The notes beneath the pieces were generated by a model. That model did not search any database. It was not told the DNA's origin and saw only the letters and a program-made list of their open reading frames with translations. From a virus (taxonomy: Duplodnaviria > Caudoviricetes), in the IMG/VR virus record IMGVR_UViG_3300033067_000132, positions 1-33,044 of that record: a DNA stretch of 33,044 bases; one strand, given 5' to 3'. A program made the translations under genes and the position numbers. Shown one piece after another: positions 6,751 to 14,775 of the stretch. The stretch's first letter is position 1. Each line of letters starts with the position of its first letter.

Positions 6751-6999
6751 ATGACCATTAACGCTTTCAGCCCTTTGTACGTCCAAACGTATATGCCAGA
6801 ATTTATGTCAACGATTCGTAAAGAATCAATGCAACGTGAGAACGGCTCTAAGTTTGGCGCATTGTCTCGCGTCACTCGTGAGAACGCCAGCACGACTGTG
6901 AACACAATCAGCACGTTTCCTAAGACAAAGCGTGTTTCTCTTAAGCCGACTGAGTTTTTTACTTATGCAAAGGCAGGTATGCCGAAGGGGGTTAAATGA
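6751..6999 (+). CDS. Hypothetical basic protein (MTINAFSPLYVQTYMPEF...)
   Basis: Track ORF with ATG 6751; stop coupled to the next start. Confidence 0.6.
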   Translation: MTINAFSPLYVQTYMPEFMSTIRKESMQRENGSKFGALSRVTRENASTTVNTISTFPKTKRVSLKPTEFFTYAKAGMPKGVK

Positions 7000-7193
7000 C
7001 TAACAAACTACCAGGTGGGCCAGCATTTCCAACTGAAACCGACTTCACATACCAACATGGCATGAGTTTGCGCGATTATTTTGCTGCCAAGGCAATGCAA
7101 GGAATGTGCGCTAGGGTTAACTGGTCAGATGCTGATGTAGCTGCAAGAGCTTATTCAATGGCTGATGCTATGTTGAAAGCGAGTGAGCAATGA
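6996..7193 (+). CDS. Conserved phage protein (GGPAFP...GMSLRDYFAAKAMQG family)
   Basis: Widespread phage motif GM(S/T)LRDYFAAKAMQ...AY.MADAML. Confidence 0.8.
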   Translation: MTNKLPGGPAFPTETDFTYQHGMSLRDYFAAKAMQGMCARVNWSDADVAARAYSMADAMLKASEQ

Positions 7194-7315
7194 ACAATCT
7201 AATCACTGGAATTTTTATTGTTGCGTTAATTGCTTGTTCAGTTTGGTTCAAGCTGTGGCAATGTAGTGAGATGTTTCCAAACGCAAGCGCGGCAGCTTGT
7301 TTATTTTGGCACTAA
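7190..7315 (+). CDS. Small membrane protein (41 aa)
   Basis: Not in track. ATGA coupling; MNNLITGIFIVALIACSVWFKLWQC... Confidence 0.55.
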   Translation: MNNLITGIFIVALIACSVWFKLWQCSEMFPNASAAACLFWH

Positions 7316-7324
7316 GGAGAAACC

Positions 7325-7513
7325 ATGAGCGCAGGCGGCAAAGGGTCAACCCAACGACCAACAGACGAAAAGAAGTTCTCAGCAAACTATGACAACATCA
7401 AATGGACAAAAGAGGAAGACGATGAATTTGAACGAATCACCAAGAACGGTTCTAGCACCGAACGCACCTTGGCCCAAGATGGAGACGAGACAGGAAGTGA
7501 AGCCAAAAGCTAG
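7325..7513 (+). CDS. Small hypothetical protein (GGKGSTQRP...FSANYDNI)
   Basis: Strong SD AAGGAG; motif typical of small phage proteins. Confidence 0.7.
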   Translation: MSAGGKGSTQRPTDEKKFSANYDNIKWTKEEDDEFERITKNGSSTERTLAQDGDETGSEAKS

Positions 7514-7646
7514 GCCAATCGTAAAAGCTGATAATCCTAGTTTGGATAGCTTTTTGAAAAATGAAAACAAGTGCAAAACTGCCGCCAAACATCGAACCCG
7601 TGACAAGTTATCGGGGCGATTCCAGAGTAATTCTGGGGTGGCTTAA
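7422..7646 (+). CDS. Possible overlapping hypothetical protein (MNLNESPRTVLAPNAPWPK...)
   Basis: GAGG SD upstream of ATG 7422; overlaps both neighbours. Confidence 0.4.
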   Translation: MNLNESPRTVLAPNAPWPKMETRQEVKPKARPIVKADNPSLDSFLKNENKCKTAAKHRTRDKLSGRFQSNSGVA

Positions 7647-7755
7647 TAGAGAACAACGCATTGCAACTGTCAGAGAACAAAGGCTCTGGCGTTGCAAGCG
7701 CTGTGATGAGTATTTCCAAACACTAGCAGAAGCAAGGGAACACAAACATGGATAA
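7561..7755 (+). CDS. Small protein with C2H2-like zinc finger
   Basis: WRCKRCDEYFQTLAEAREHKH. Confidence 0.6.
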   Translation: MKTSAKLPPNIEPVTSYRGDSRVILGWLNREQRIATVREQRLWRCKRCDEYFQTLAEAREHKHG

Positions 7756-7849
7756 CGTATTAGCAATCATTGGATTTTTGGCCGTTGCAGTTGTCGTTTA
7801 CGTTATCGTGTTTGCTGTTGTTTTAATCATCCTTGCTGTTCAGGATTGA
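7748..7849 (+). CDS. Single-TM microprotein (33 aa), last gene of the rightward operon
   Basis: Not in track. MDNVLAIIGFLAVAVVVYVIVFAVVLIILAVQD; AGGG SD; overlaps the endolysin stop. Confidence 0.5.
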   Translation: MDNVLAIIGFLAVAVVVYVIVFAVVLIILAVQD

Positions 7850-8439
7850 AGCACTGCCAAGGCGTGTGTGATGTGCTTCACACGGTCTTCAAGGCCAATA
7901 GTGCCACCGTTAATTTTTTTAGTTAGGCCAACCCAATCGCCATTAGCAGCCAGGCGGTTGCAGTCATGAGTAGACCAAAAATAACCAGCGCTTAAAGCTG
8001 CATACTTTGGAGTAGCCACAATGTCAGGCTGCATAACAAAATCAATGCCCAATGTCTTACCAGCATGAAAGTAATTAGCATGACCAGTAAGCTGAATACA
8101 CCCACGACCCCGAAAACGATAACCATCACCAGATGCTTCGTCACGATTGCCCATGCGAGAAGCATAGACCATGTTTGCGATTTTCTTAGGATTTCCAGCA
8201 TACTGATTTGCGAACTCTAACGTAGGAAAGCGCTTTGGCCATAGTTTCATCAATGTAGCGGCTTTATAAAAAAGGTTTTCCTCAAGCACCTTAAAGTTTC
8301 CGCACTCATGCGAACATTGTCCGATAAAGGCGGCTTGTTGATTAGGCGTGTCAATGTTGAATCGAGCAAATGTCTCGTTTAGAGCATCTACCCATTCAGG
8401 ACCAATATGGAGCTTTGCTAACTGTTCAGCGTTGACCAT
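7840..8439 (-). CDS. Endolysin, glycoside hydrolase family 19
   Basis: AAFIGQCSHEC, EENL.Y, DGYRFRGRGCIQLTG..NY and TKKINGG..GL.DR motifs. Confidence 0.92.
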   Translation of the reverse strand: MVNAEQLAKLHIGPEWVDALNETFARFNIDTPNQQAAFIGQCSHECGNFKVLEENLFYKAATLMKLWPKRFPTLEFANQYAGNPKKIANMVYASRMGNRDEASGDGYRFRGRGCIQLTGHANYFHAGKTLGIDFVMQPDIVATPKYAALSAGYFWSTHDCNRLAANGDWVGLTKKINGGTIGLEDRVKHITHALAVLQS

Positions 8440-8881
8440 TGATTGTGTTCCTTACTTGTTCGTAGGCTGTGATACAGGCGTTGAGCTTATTGATTGCCCT
8501 GTCGCCTTCGGCTGCGAGTTCAGCAATAAGTCTGAGAGTCTCTGTGTCAGATTCGCTTCCTGTTTGGTTATTTCCGCTGGAAGTGGTGGAACTTGTGGCG
8601 GCTTGTACGCAACTTGAGTTGAGGCGCACCCGACCAGAACGAATGGCAGCATCCAAATCAGTTTGTTTTTTAGTGACAACATCGTTTGCGTCTTTCAGTT
8701 GTGAAGATGTGTTGTTAAGTTCTTCAGAGAGCTTTTTCTCTTTAGCGCGAGATTCCTCATTCAGTCGAGCAATCTCTTGCTGCATTTCAGCATCACGCTC
8801 TTTGTAGCCAGTATGAGTGCCGTATTTGTACGTTCCAAGAACAACAAAAATGACACCAATAATCATCCAAGGATTAGGCAT
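8426..8881 (-). CDS. Rz: Inner-membrane spanin (Rz-like)
   Basis: N-terminal TM, coiled coil, C-terminal A.EGD.AI..LNACI..Y; adjacent to the endolysin. Confidence 0.8.
   Translation of the reverse strand: MPNPWMIIGVIFVVLGTYKYGTHTGYKERDAEMQQEIARLNEESRAKEKKLSEELNNTSSQLKDANDVVTKKQTDLDAAIRSGRVRLNSSCVQAATSSTTSSGNNQTGSESDTETLRLIAELAAEGDRAINKLNACITAYEQVRNTINGQR
8452..8682 (-). CDS. Rz1: Outer-membrane spanin lipoprotein (Rz1-like), nested in Rz
   Basis: Fully embedded in another frame; signal peptide with lipobox LVGC; Pro-rich mature part (KPPQVPPLP). Confidence 0.75.
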   Translation of the reverse strand: MLSLKNKLIWMLPFVLVGCASTQVAYKPPQVPPLPAEITKQEANLTQRLSDLLLNSQPKATGQSISSTPVSQPTNK

Positions 8882-9344
8882 TTAAAGACCTCGCCAATGC
8901 TAGTTGCTCACGCTCTTGGTCTGATTCAAGATGCTCTGGTGGCGTAGTAGGTGGTGGTGGTGGAACCCATGTTTCGTCTAGTTCAGGATTGACCCATACA
9001 GGCAACGCACCTGATGGGTCACTTGGCTTTGGGGGCGTTGTACTCCCAATAGTTGTTTTTTCAATGCTGGCGCTAATACCACCACTCATTGCGTTAATAC
9101 CCTTACGGCTCATAACGCCACCAATGCCACCAACTACGAGCAAAACAATGTCGTTCAACATCTTGGTGTAAGCAATGTCAATTGGAGCCATTGACTTGAT
9201 TGGCTGGACAACGAATGTCACAGAGTAAAGCAAAGCGAAGACAATACCTGCAAGGATTAGCGTGACCATAATGACCACGAAACCCCATACGTAGGTTTCA
9301 ATTTCTTCAGCGGTCAGACGATGCGGCTTGTTGTGCTGGCTCAA
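8874..9344 (-). CDS. Two-TM membrane protein, holin candidate, Pro-rich tail
   Basis: Two hydrophobic segments; upstream of Rz and endolysin. Start uncertain. Confidence 0.55.
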   Translation of the reverse strand: MSQHNKPHRLTAEEIETYVWGFVVIMVTLILAGIVFALLYSVTFVVQPIKSMAPIDIAYTKMLNDIVLLVVGGIGGVMSRKGINAMSGGISASIEKTTIGSTTPPKPSDPSGALPVWVNPELDETWVPPPPPTTPPEHLESDQEREQLALARSLNA

Positions 9345-9516
9345 TTTTCTTCTCCAATACAGGTGCGACTAAATACTCAGGGCAAGTCTGCGTGAACAGA
9401 CAGCGAGGCTTTTGACATTCTGGCAAGTTGAACTTATCAGGGTCTTGGCAGACGTACCGATAACGGTCTTCACAAGCTGTCAGAAGCAACAGGCTTAACA
9501 ATAATAGTTTTCTCAT
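9307..9516 (-). CDS. Cys-rich lipoprotein
   Basis: MRKLLLLSLLLLTAC lipobox; four more Cys in the mature part; GAGG SD. Confidence 0.75.
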   Translation of the reverse strand: MRKLLLLSLLLLTACEDRYRYVCQDPDKFNLPECQKPRCLFTQTCPEYLVAPVLEKKIEPAQQAASSDR

Positions 9517-9796
9517 GTTCCTCTTTCAGCTCCTTTTTCAGCTTTCTCAATTGTCGAATCTCATACTGCATCTCTGACTTCATCTTCATGTAGTCAACAA
9601 CCACAAGAACAGACATAGGCAACGCCAAAAACAAAACAATGGCCATAACGACTACGCCAGCGACAAACCACCTTGTGTCTTCACGAGCCATCCGAGCGAC
9701 AGCATGAACGCCCACATCCATAGAACCATTACCAGCACCGTTATTGATACTACCGCCCTGTCGATTCGATGATTGCGTAGGAGTTCGCGTTGCCAC
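9470..9796 (-). CDS. Single-TM protein with C-terminal coiled coil
   Basis: WFVAGVVVMAIVLFLALPMSVLVVV helix; start uncertain. Confidence 0.6.
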   Translation of the reverse strand: MATRTPTQSSNRQGGSINNGAGNGSMDVGVHAVARMAREDTRWFVAGVVVMAIVLFLALPMSVLVVVDYMKMKSEMQYEIRQLRKLKKELKEEHEKTIIVKPVASDSL

Positions 9797-10416
9797 TTTG
9801 CATCTCTTTCTCGCTTGCGCTTTAGTTGCCTGTCAAACTCCTGTTCCTCAAGAATCAGGTCATACATCTCAAGGAAACGGCTGTAAATGTTCCGCAGTTC
9901 TTTCGGCGCATAAACCATCGCTTCCCTGATTTGAGTTGTCATGTTCTCCAATTGGAGTTCAATCTCAACCCTGTCAATCGCACTGTCTTCAATTGTCGTA
10001 GTCGTTTTAGAGATTTCCTCTAACTCAAGACAATGCGCTCTTAGTGTTCGTCTGATTTCAAAGAATGTCTTTAACTGTTCGCAGACCTGGTGGATAGCTT
10101 GAGTTTGATATTCCTCGTAACTAAGTTCTGGTTCTGGTGCGCGTCTTTTTGCGACTTTAGAAACAGGCTCAGAAGGTTGAATAACGGGTTCTGCAACAGT
10201 TTTAGTGCTTGGCTTTTGCGTCTTTCCAAACAATCCAAGAAGCCACGACCAAAGACCTGTAACTTCCTTGTAAATTGCTTTAGCGTCACCAATGCCTTTT
10301 TCGACAGTTGACTTGAGCTTGTTGATTTCAGCCTTGCCCTCAGAGAGCATCTCACAGCCCTTGCGAACTGCCGCAACAGCCGCTTGAGCTGCCATGAGAA
10401 GGCTGATAGGGTCCAC
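9652..10416 (-). CDS. Coiled-coil protein with C-terminal TM (MDPISLLMAAQAAV...)
   Basis: Long ORF in the lysis region; helical body with a hydrophobic C-terminus. Confidence 0.7.
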   Translation of the reverse strand: MDPISLLMAAQAAVAAVRKGCEMLSEGKAEINKLKSTVEKGIGDAKAIYKEVTGLWSWLLGLFGKTQKPSTKTVAEPVIQPSEPVSKVAKRRAPEPELSYEEYQTQAIHQVCEQLKTFFEIRRTLRAHCLELEEISKTTTTIEDSAIDRVEIELQLENMTTQIREAMVYAPKELRNIYSRFLEMYDLILEEQEFDRQLKRKRERDAKWQRELLRNHRIDRAVVSITVLVMVLWMWAFMLSLGWLVKTQGGLSLA

Positions 10417-10417
10417 A

Positions 10418-10624
10418 TCACAAGCCTATCAATTTCTTGAAGAACTCAGCAGCAGCACCAGGACCGAGCAACACTGCGGCAAGAACTGCCCAGATGTAAT
10501 ACTCAATCTTGGTCATACGAGCAGAGCCATTCTCAAGCTGACGATTGATTGTCTCGTAGCGTTGAGCGCAAACAGCTTCATGCGTCATGAGCTTTGCCTC
10601 TGTCATTGATACAGTATCACTCAT
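10418..10624 (-). CDS. Small coiled-coil + TM protein (XhlA/holin-like)
   Basis: HEAVCAQRYETIN..L......M.KIE then a TM; first gene of the lysis region. Confidence 0.65.
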   Translation of the reverse strand: MSDTVSMTEAKLMTHEAVCAQRYETINRQLENGSARMTKIEYYIWAVLAAVLLGPGAAAEFFKKLIGL

Positions 10625-10626
10625 GA

Positions 10627-10791
10627 TTATGTAGAAGTGATTGTTTGCCAGACAGAGCCTGTATAAACACAGAGCTTACCAAGAGTGCTGTCAAACACAA
10701 TGTATCCAGCAGACACAGTAAGAGCATTCTTTGCGGTTGTTGTAACCACAGGCACTTGAGCGCCGTTAGTACCGTCTAAAACAATAGCCAT
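10627..10791 (-). CDS. Mini tail-fibre-like module (54 aa)
   Basis: Not in track. MAIVLDGTNGAQVPVVTTTAKNAL...GYIVFDSTLGKLCVYTGSVWQ resembles the GTTAQR...GYFRFNSTTTKFEGYNGTAW repeat in 12036..12581. Confidence 0.7.
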   Translation of the reverse strand: MAIVLDGTNGAQVPVVTTTAKNALTVSAGYIVFDSTLGKLCVYTGSVWQTITST

Positions 10792-11199
10792 TTAAGCCAC
10801 CTTTAAAGAACGAAGTTGAGCAGTGGTAGCGCAAAGGTCAACCAAACCTGTAACGTCACGCAAGCGGTTCTTTTCAGCCACGATTGCAGCAGTGTCAGCA
10901 CCAGATTCTTGAGCACGTTGGAACAACACATCCTGTGCAGCCAACAAAGGCTCACGTTCAGCGCGTAGACGGGCTTTAGTGATTTCCTTGGCTTTAGCGA
11001 GATTGACAGTTACAACACCGTTAGCAAGTTCCCAAGCCCCGAAGAAGTCGTTGTCTGCTTGAGGCAGTTCATTGTCTTGAACGATGATTGAATGGCTAGG
11101 GGTGTCCTTGGCTTTGACAGCTTGAATGTTGAGTTCGCCTGTGGGGATGCAGACGCTCACGCCGCCATTGCTGTTTGAGAAAATGATTACTTGTGCCAT
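10792..11199 (-). CDS. Tail fibre assembly/chaperone-like protein
   Basis: LR.ER.PLL...D.........K..LRD pattern; follows the fibre genes. Confidence 0.65.
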   Translation of the reverse strand: MAQVIIFSNSNGGVSVCIPTGELNIQAVKAKDTPSHSIIVQDNELPQADNDFFGAWELANGVVTVNLAKAKEITKARLRAEREPLLAAQDVLFQRAQESGADTAAIVAEKNRLRDVTGLVDLCATTAQLRSLKVA

Positions 11200-11214
11200 G
11201 ATTGTGATTCCTTA

Positions 11215-11607
11215 TTAATTTCCGAAGATTGCAACACTAATGTAAGCTGTGTCAGCAGAAGTGCCACTTGTTGTACACGCTAAAAACCGACAAGCCGTAG
11301 TTGTTGGAGCCGCTGAAGAATCGTTTAAAGCAATAATACGTGCGCCACTTACAGACGCTGTTGAAATAAACGAATAATTTGCATCACTAAGAGCTGTAGC
11401 AAAGTTAACCGTATAGTCACCAGTACCGTTATCGGTGATGCTAGACACGTTATAGCTTGAACGGATAGCCACTGTGCCAGTGCCATTAAAGTTCACCCAA
11501 GCCAAAGCATTGGTGGTCACACCGTTACTCTGAATTTTAATAACACCAGAGCCATCGGCAGTCTGGACTAAACCGTTTGTAGGGGATGCGTTGATTGTGG
11601 TTGTCAT
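11215..11607 (-). CDS. Tail fibre tip module B
   Basis: AWVNFNGTGTVAIRSSYNVSSITDNGTGDYTVNF domain; AGGTG SD before ATG 11607. Confidence 0.75.
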   Translation of the reverse strand: MTTTINASPTNGLVQTADGSGVIKIQSNGVTTNALAWVNFNGTGTVAIRSSYNVSSITDNGTGDYTVNFATALSDANYSFISTASVSGARIIALNDSSAAPTTTACRFLACTTSGTSADTAYISVAIFGN

Positions 11608-11618
11608 TTGTTCACCTA

Positions 11619-12026
11619 TTAACGGAATACAGAAACACAACAAAGATCAGCATCTTGATAGCTTCCAGCAGTATTTCTTACATCAACTTTTACTGAAGTT
11701 GTGCTGTATGTTGATCCAGACGATCCAGCCGATACTTGGCTAAAAAAACCGCCAGTTGAGCCGCTAATCGTACCTGCTGAAAAAGAAGTTGAGTAATTAG
11801 CATCAGGCATTGCAGTCGTAAAGTTCACTGTGTAATCGCCTGTCCCGTTATCCGTGATGCTTGACACATTAAACGATGCACGAATAGCAACAGTACCTGT
11901 ACCGTTGAAGTTCACCCAAGCACGACACAGCGTACCGATTTGAGTGCCGTTACCGTCTTTGAACGTGGGAGCCGTAGCCGCAGTGCTTGATTGCACCACA
12001 TCTGTTAAAACTGAGCCGTAAGCCAT
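11619..12026 (-). CDS. Tail fibre tip module A (paralog of B)
   Basis: AWVNFNGTGTVAIRASFNVSSITDNGTGDYTVNF domain. Confidence 0.75.
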   Translation of the reverse strand: MAYGSVLTDVVQSSTAATAPTFKDGNGTQIGTLCRAWVNFNGTGTVAIRASFNVSSITDNGTGDYTVNFTTAMPDANYSTSFSAGTISGSTGGFFSQVSAGSSGSTYSTTSVKVDVRNTAGSYQDADLCCVSVFR

Positions 12027-12035
12027 ATAGTTTCC

Positions 12036-12581
12036 TTAGAGAATAACCCAACGGCTACCCGCAGGGATAGTGACCGTCACGCCAGTGTTTATTGTAATCG
12101 GACCAGCAGAAGATGCAGACTTTCCGCTTGTCATTGTGTAGTTTGTCGTCACAGTTTGAGAGTTTTCAACAAACACCTCATCGTTACCGCCGCCAGTTGC
12201 ACCACCGCCAACGCTACCCCATGCAGTGCCGTTGTAGCCTTCAAACTTAGTAGTCGTACTGTTAAATCGGAAATAACCAGTTGCAGGTGTACCGTCACGC
12301 TGTGCAGTTGTACCTGTTGCAATCTTGATTGAACCAGTTGCAGCAGTACGCTCACCCAAAGCAATCAAAGCAGCAGGACCAGTTGCAGAGCCTGTACCGC
12401 CTGAAGCGATTGGCAAGGTATCACCAGACAGACCAGCTTGAAAGTCTTTCAAGTGACCCATGACAGCGCGAATGGCGTTGTTAATGCCACTAGGCGCACA
12501 GCCTTCGTCGATGTTGATGTTTGCTACATCTGTGTTGGAGTTAGCTGTTGAGCTGTACTCACTGATTTTGGTTTTTGCCAT
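12036..12581 (-). CDS. Tail fibre proximal/anchor protein
   Basis: N-terminal YS.TA.SN....I.EG.APS.INNAIR, LPIASGGTG, and C-terminal ENSQTVTTNYT...SAGPITI...WVIL. Confidence 0.75.
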   Translation of the reverse strand: MAKTKISEYSSTANSNTDVANINIDEGCAPSGINNAIRAVMGHLKDFQAGLSGDTLPIASGGTGSATGPAALIALGERTAATGSIKIATGTTAQRDGTPATGYFRFNSTTTKFEGYNGTAWGSVGGGATGGGNDEVFVENSQTVTTNYTMTSGKSASSAGPITINTGVTVTIPAGSRWVIL

Positions 12582-12600
12582 GATTTTCCTTTAAGCGATT

Positions 12601-14766
12601 TTACTGAGTTTGACCAACGCCAGTGATGTCAATTCGATATGGCTCTGGTTCAGGAACGATATTCAACAAGTTTGGTGTTGCTGCATAACGCAACATTGGG
12701 TCAACAGGACTTGCCAAATAGTTCATCAATGGGTCTGTGATGTTCAAACCTTCATAAAAGTTCTGAACGCGAGGCGACAAATACGCTTTAGACGCGATTG
12801 CAGGACCAGCAAGTCCAGCAGCAGTAGCAGCCAATGGAACACCAACAGCGGTAGAACCAGCTGCAATACCAGCCAATTTAGCAGGGCCAGACGTCAGCAT
12901 ATTTATCATCGCAGAGCGTTCGGCAGTGCCAGAAGTAGGCACTTTTGCTTTTAACGAAGTCTGAGCAACATCAGCCAGGTCAACCAATTGAGTGGCAGCA
13001 GGTGTGCCAAAGATTTGGTCAAAAGTGGTTGGAGCCTCTTTGTTTGTTTTGATGACGTTCTTGCCAAACTTGGTAATATCCAAATCACCAGCATTGTTCA
13101 AAGAACTCAAGTGAATGTCAGACAAAACGCCTTGAGCAAGCATTTGCTTCTCTTGTTGGTTCATCAAAGGTAACAAAGTCTGAGACAGTTGGTCTTTGTT
13201 TGATGTAACTGTATTCAATACAGTTTTATCGTTAGCCGTAGCAAATCGTTCGCTCAACTCTTTGGCAGAACCGTAAGAACCACGAAGTTCCTTCAGCTTT
13301 GTCACTTGGTCTTCAAGACCTTGAGCCTTAAATGTCTCATCACGAGCGTCATCCAATGCGTTACGCAAAGACCTGAAAGCGTCACCAATCTTTGTACCTT
13401 TGTTCTTGAAAGCCAAATCACCAAATAATTGACGTTGGTCTTGGTAGTTAGAACCAGGGATTGAGCCTTTTTGAGCATAGCCTTGGAACGAAAACTCAGG
13501 CTCACCGTTGTCAATGAGTTGTTGACGAACTCTGTCAGCAAAAGCGCGATAGTTAGGATTTGTAGGGTCCATGCCAGTTTGCTCAAGTGCAGAAGCAACT
13601 TTTGCATCTAAACCTTCGTTCTTTGCGCCAAAGTAGAACTGCTCAAAGCTCTCGAATAATGGGTCTTTACGCATTGCAGGTGGCAAAGATGAAAGCATCT
13701 GACGAGCCTTCATAATGCCATTTTGGAACGATGGAGCGTCAGACAAGTTAATGTCAGACTGAGATGCAACCTGACGGATGCCAGAGCCAATCTTATCTAC
13801 GTTACGTTGTGCAGCAGTGCGAACAGCAGAAGCACCACCAGAGAAAGCAACAGATGGGTCTTGCGGCAAGCCACCAAACATTCCTGCAATTCGTTGGAAG
13901 ATGTTTTCAGCTAAATCAGCTTGAGAAGCATAACGGCGTGAGAATTGACCAGCAGAACCTGGCAATGTGGAAGCAGCAGCCTCGAACACTTGCGCGGTCT
14001 TACTTGTTCCAGCTTGTGCAGGTGTCAACGCTGTTTCGCCTTCAAAACCCAAACCTTGAGCTTTTGCAGCGATTTGTGCAGCACGTTGTTCAGCATTGCT
14101 CAAAGCTCGTTTTGCTCGGTCAGCAGCAGCCATTGAAGCGCCACCAGTAGCAACACCAGCACCTAAACCAGCCAACATAGCGCCCAAGTCACCAGCATAA
14201 GGCTGCACAATCTCAGCAGTGCGTTGTGCCATGGCGCCAGCAGGAATTGCAGTGCCAAGTTGAGCAGCAGGTCGCTCTGCCATTTGACGAGCAATCTCAC
14301 GACCCATCTGAGTAACGCCAGTAGATGCCATGCGCATCAGACCAGGCAATTGAGCAGCAGTTCCACCCACAGCGCCAGCGCCAGCCTCAACCATACGCTG
14401 ACCAGCAGTTTCAGGTTGTGCTACGCCAGCTTTAGTCAATAGTTCTTGGATTCCTTGAGATGGAGAAGTCAGACGTTTTTCGCTACCAGCACCAGAAGCA
14501 ATGGCATTTACCAACATGGTAAGCGCGTCACCAGCAGGAACAGCCAAAGAACCAGCCAGCATACCGACAGGACCAAGTGGTGCGCCCATAGCTGCGCCAA
14601 GCATAGGACCAGCCAAACCACGAGTTACAGCACCAGCATATTGGTCAACTGTACTACGAGGCAAAATCTTAGCCGCCATGCCTTTTCCAAACTTAGCGTC
14701 AAATCGAGCAGCAGTCTCTGGATGAGCCTTCAGATACTCAATTTGAACTTTTGTTGGGTTTTCCAT
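12601..14766 (-). CDS. DNA ejection / internal virion protein (721 aa)
   Basis: Ala/Gly-rich hydrophobic stretches; third of three genes after the tail nozzle, as for P22 gp7/gp20/gp16. Confidence 0.65.
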   Translation of the reverse strand: MENPTKVQIEYLKAHPETAARFDAKFGKGMAAKILPRSTVDQYAGAVTRGLAGPMLGAAMGAPLGPVGMLAGSLAVPAGDALTMLVNAIASGAGSEKRLTSPSQGIQELLTKAGVAQPETAGQRMVEAGAGAVGGTAAQLPGLMRMASTGVTQMGREIARQMAERPAAQLGTAIPAGAMAQRTAEIVQPYAGDLGAMLAGLGAGVATGGASMAAADRAKRALSNAEQRAAQIAAKAQGLGFEGETALTPAQAGTSKTAQVFEAAASTLPGSAGQFSRRYASQADLAENIFQRIAGMFGGLPQDPSVAFSGGASAVRTAAQRNVDKIGSGIRQVASQSDINLSDAPSFQNGIMKARQMLSSLPPAMRKDPLFESFEQFYFGAKNEGLDAKVASALEQTGMDPTNPNYRAFADRVRQQLIDNGEPEFSFQGYAQKGSIPGSNYQDQRQLFGDLAFKNKGTKIGDAFRSLRNALDDARDETFKAQGLEDQVTKLKELRGSYGSAKELSERFATANDKTVLNTVTSNKDQLSQTLLPLMNQQEKQMLAQGVLSDIHLSSLNNAGDLDITKFGKNVIKTNKEAPTTFDQIFGTPAATQLVDLADVAQTSLKAKVPTSGTAERSAMINMLTSGPAKLAGIAAGSTAVGVPLAATAAGLAGPAIASKAYLSPRVQNFYEGLNITDPLMNYLASPVDPMLRYAATPNLLNIVPEPEPYRIDITGVGQTQ

Positions 14767-14775
14767 GTGTTTCCC

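Noticed and set aside
11215-12026. Diversity-generating retroelement (TR/VR pair) in the duplicated tail-fibre segments
   Set aside because: Differences are mostly synonymous and involve all bases rather than adenines only. Both copies are coding, and no reverse transcriptase is present.
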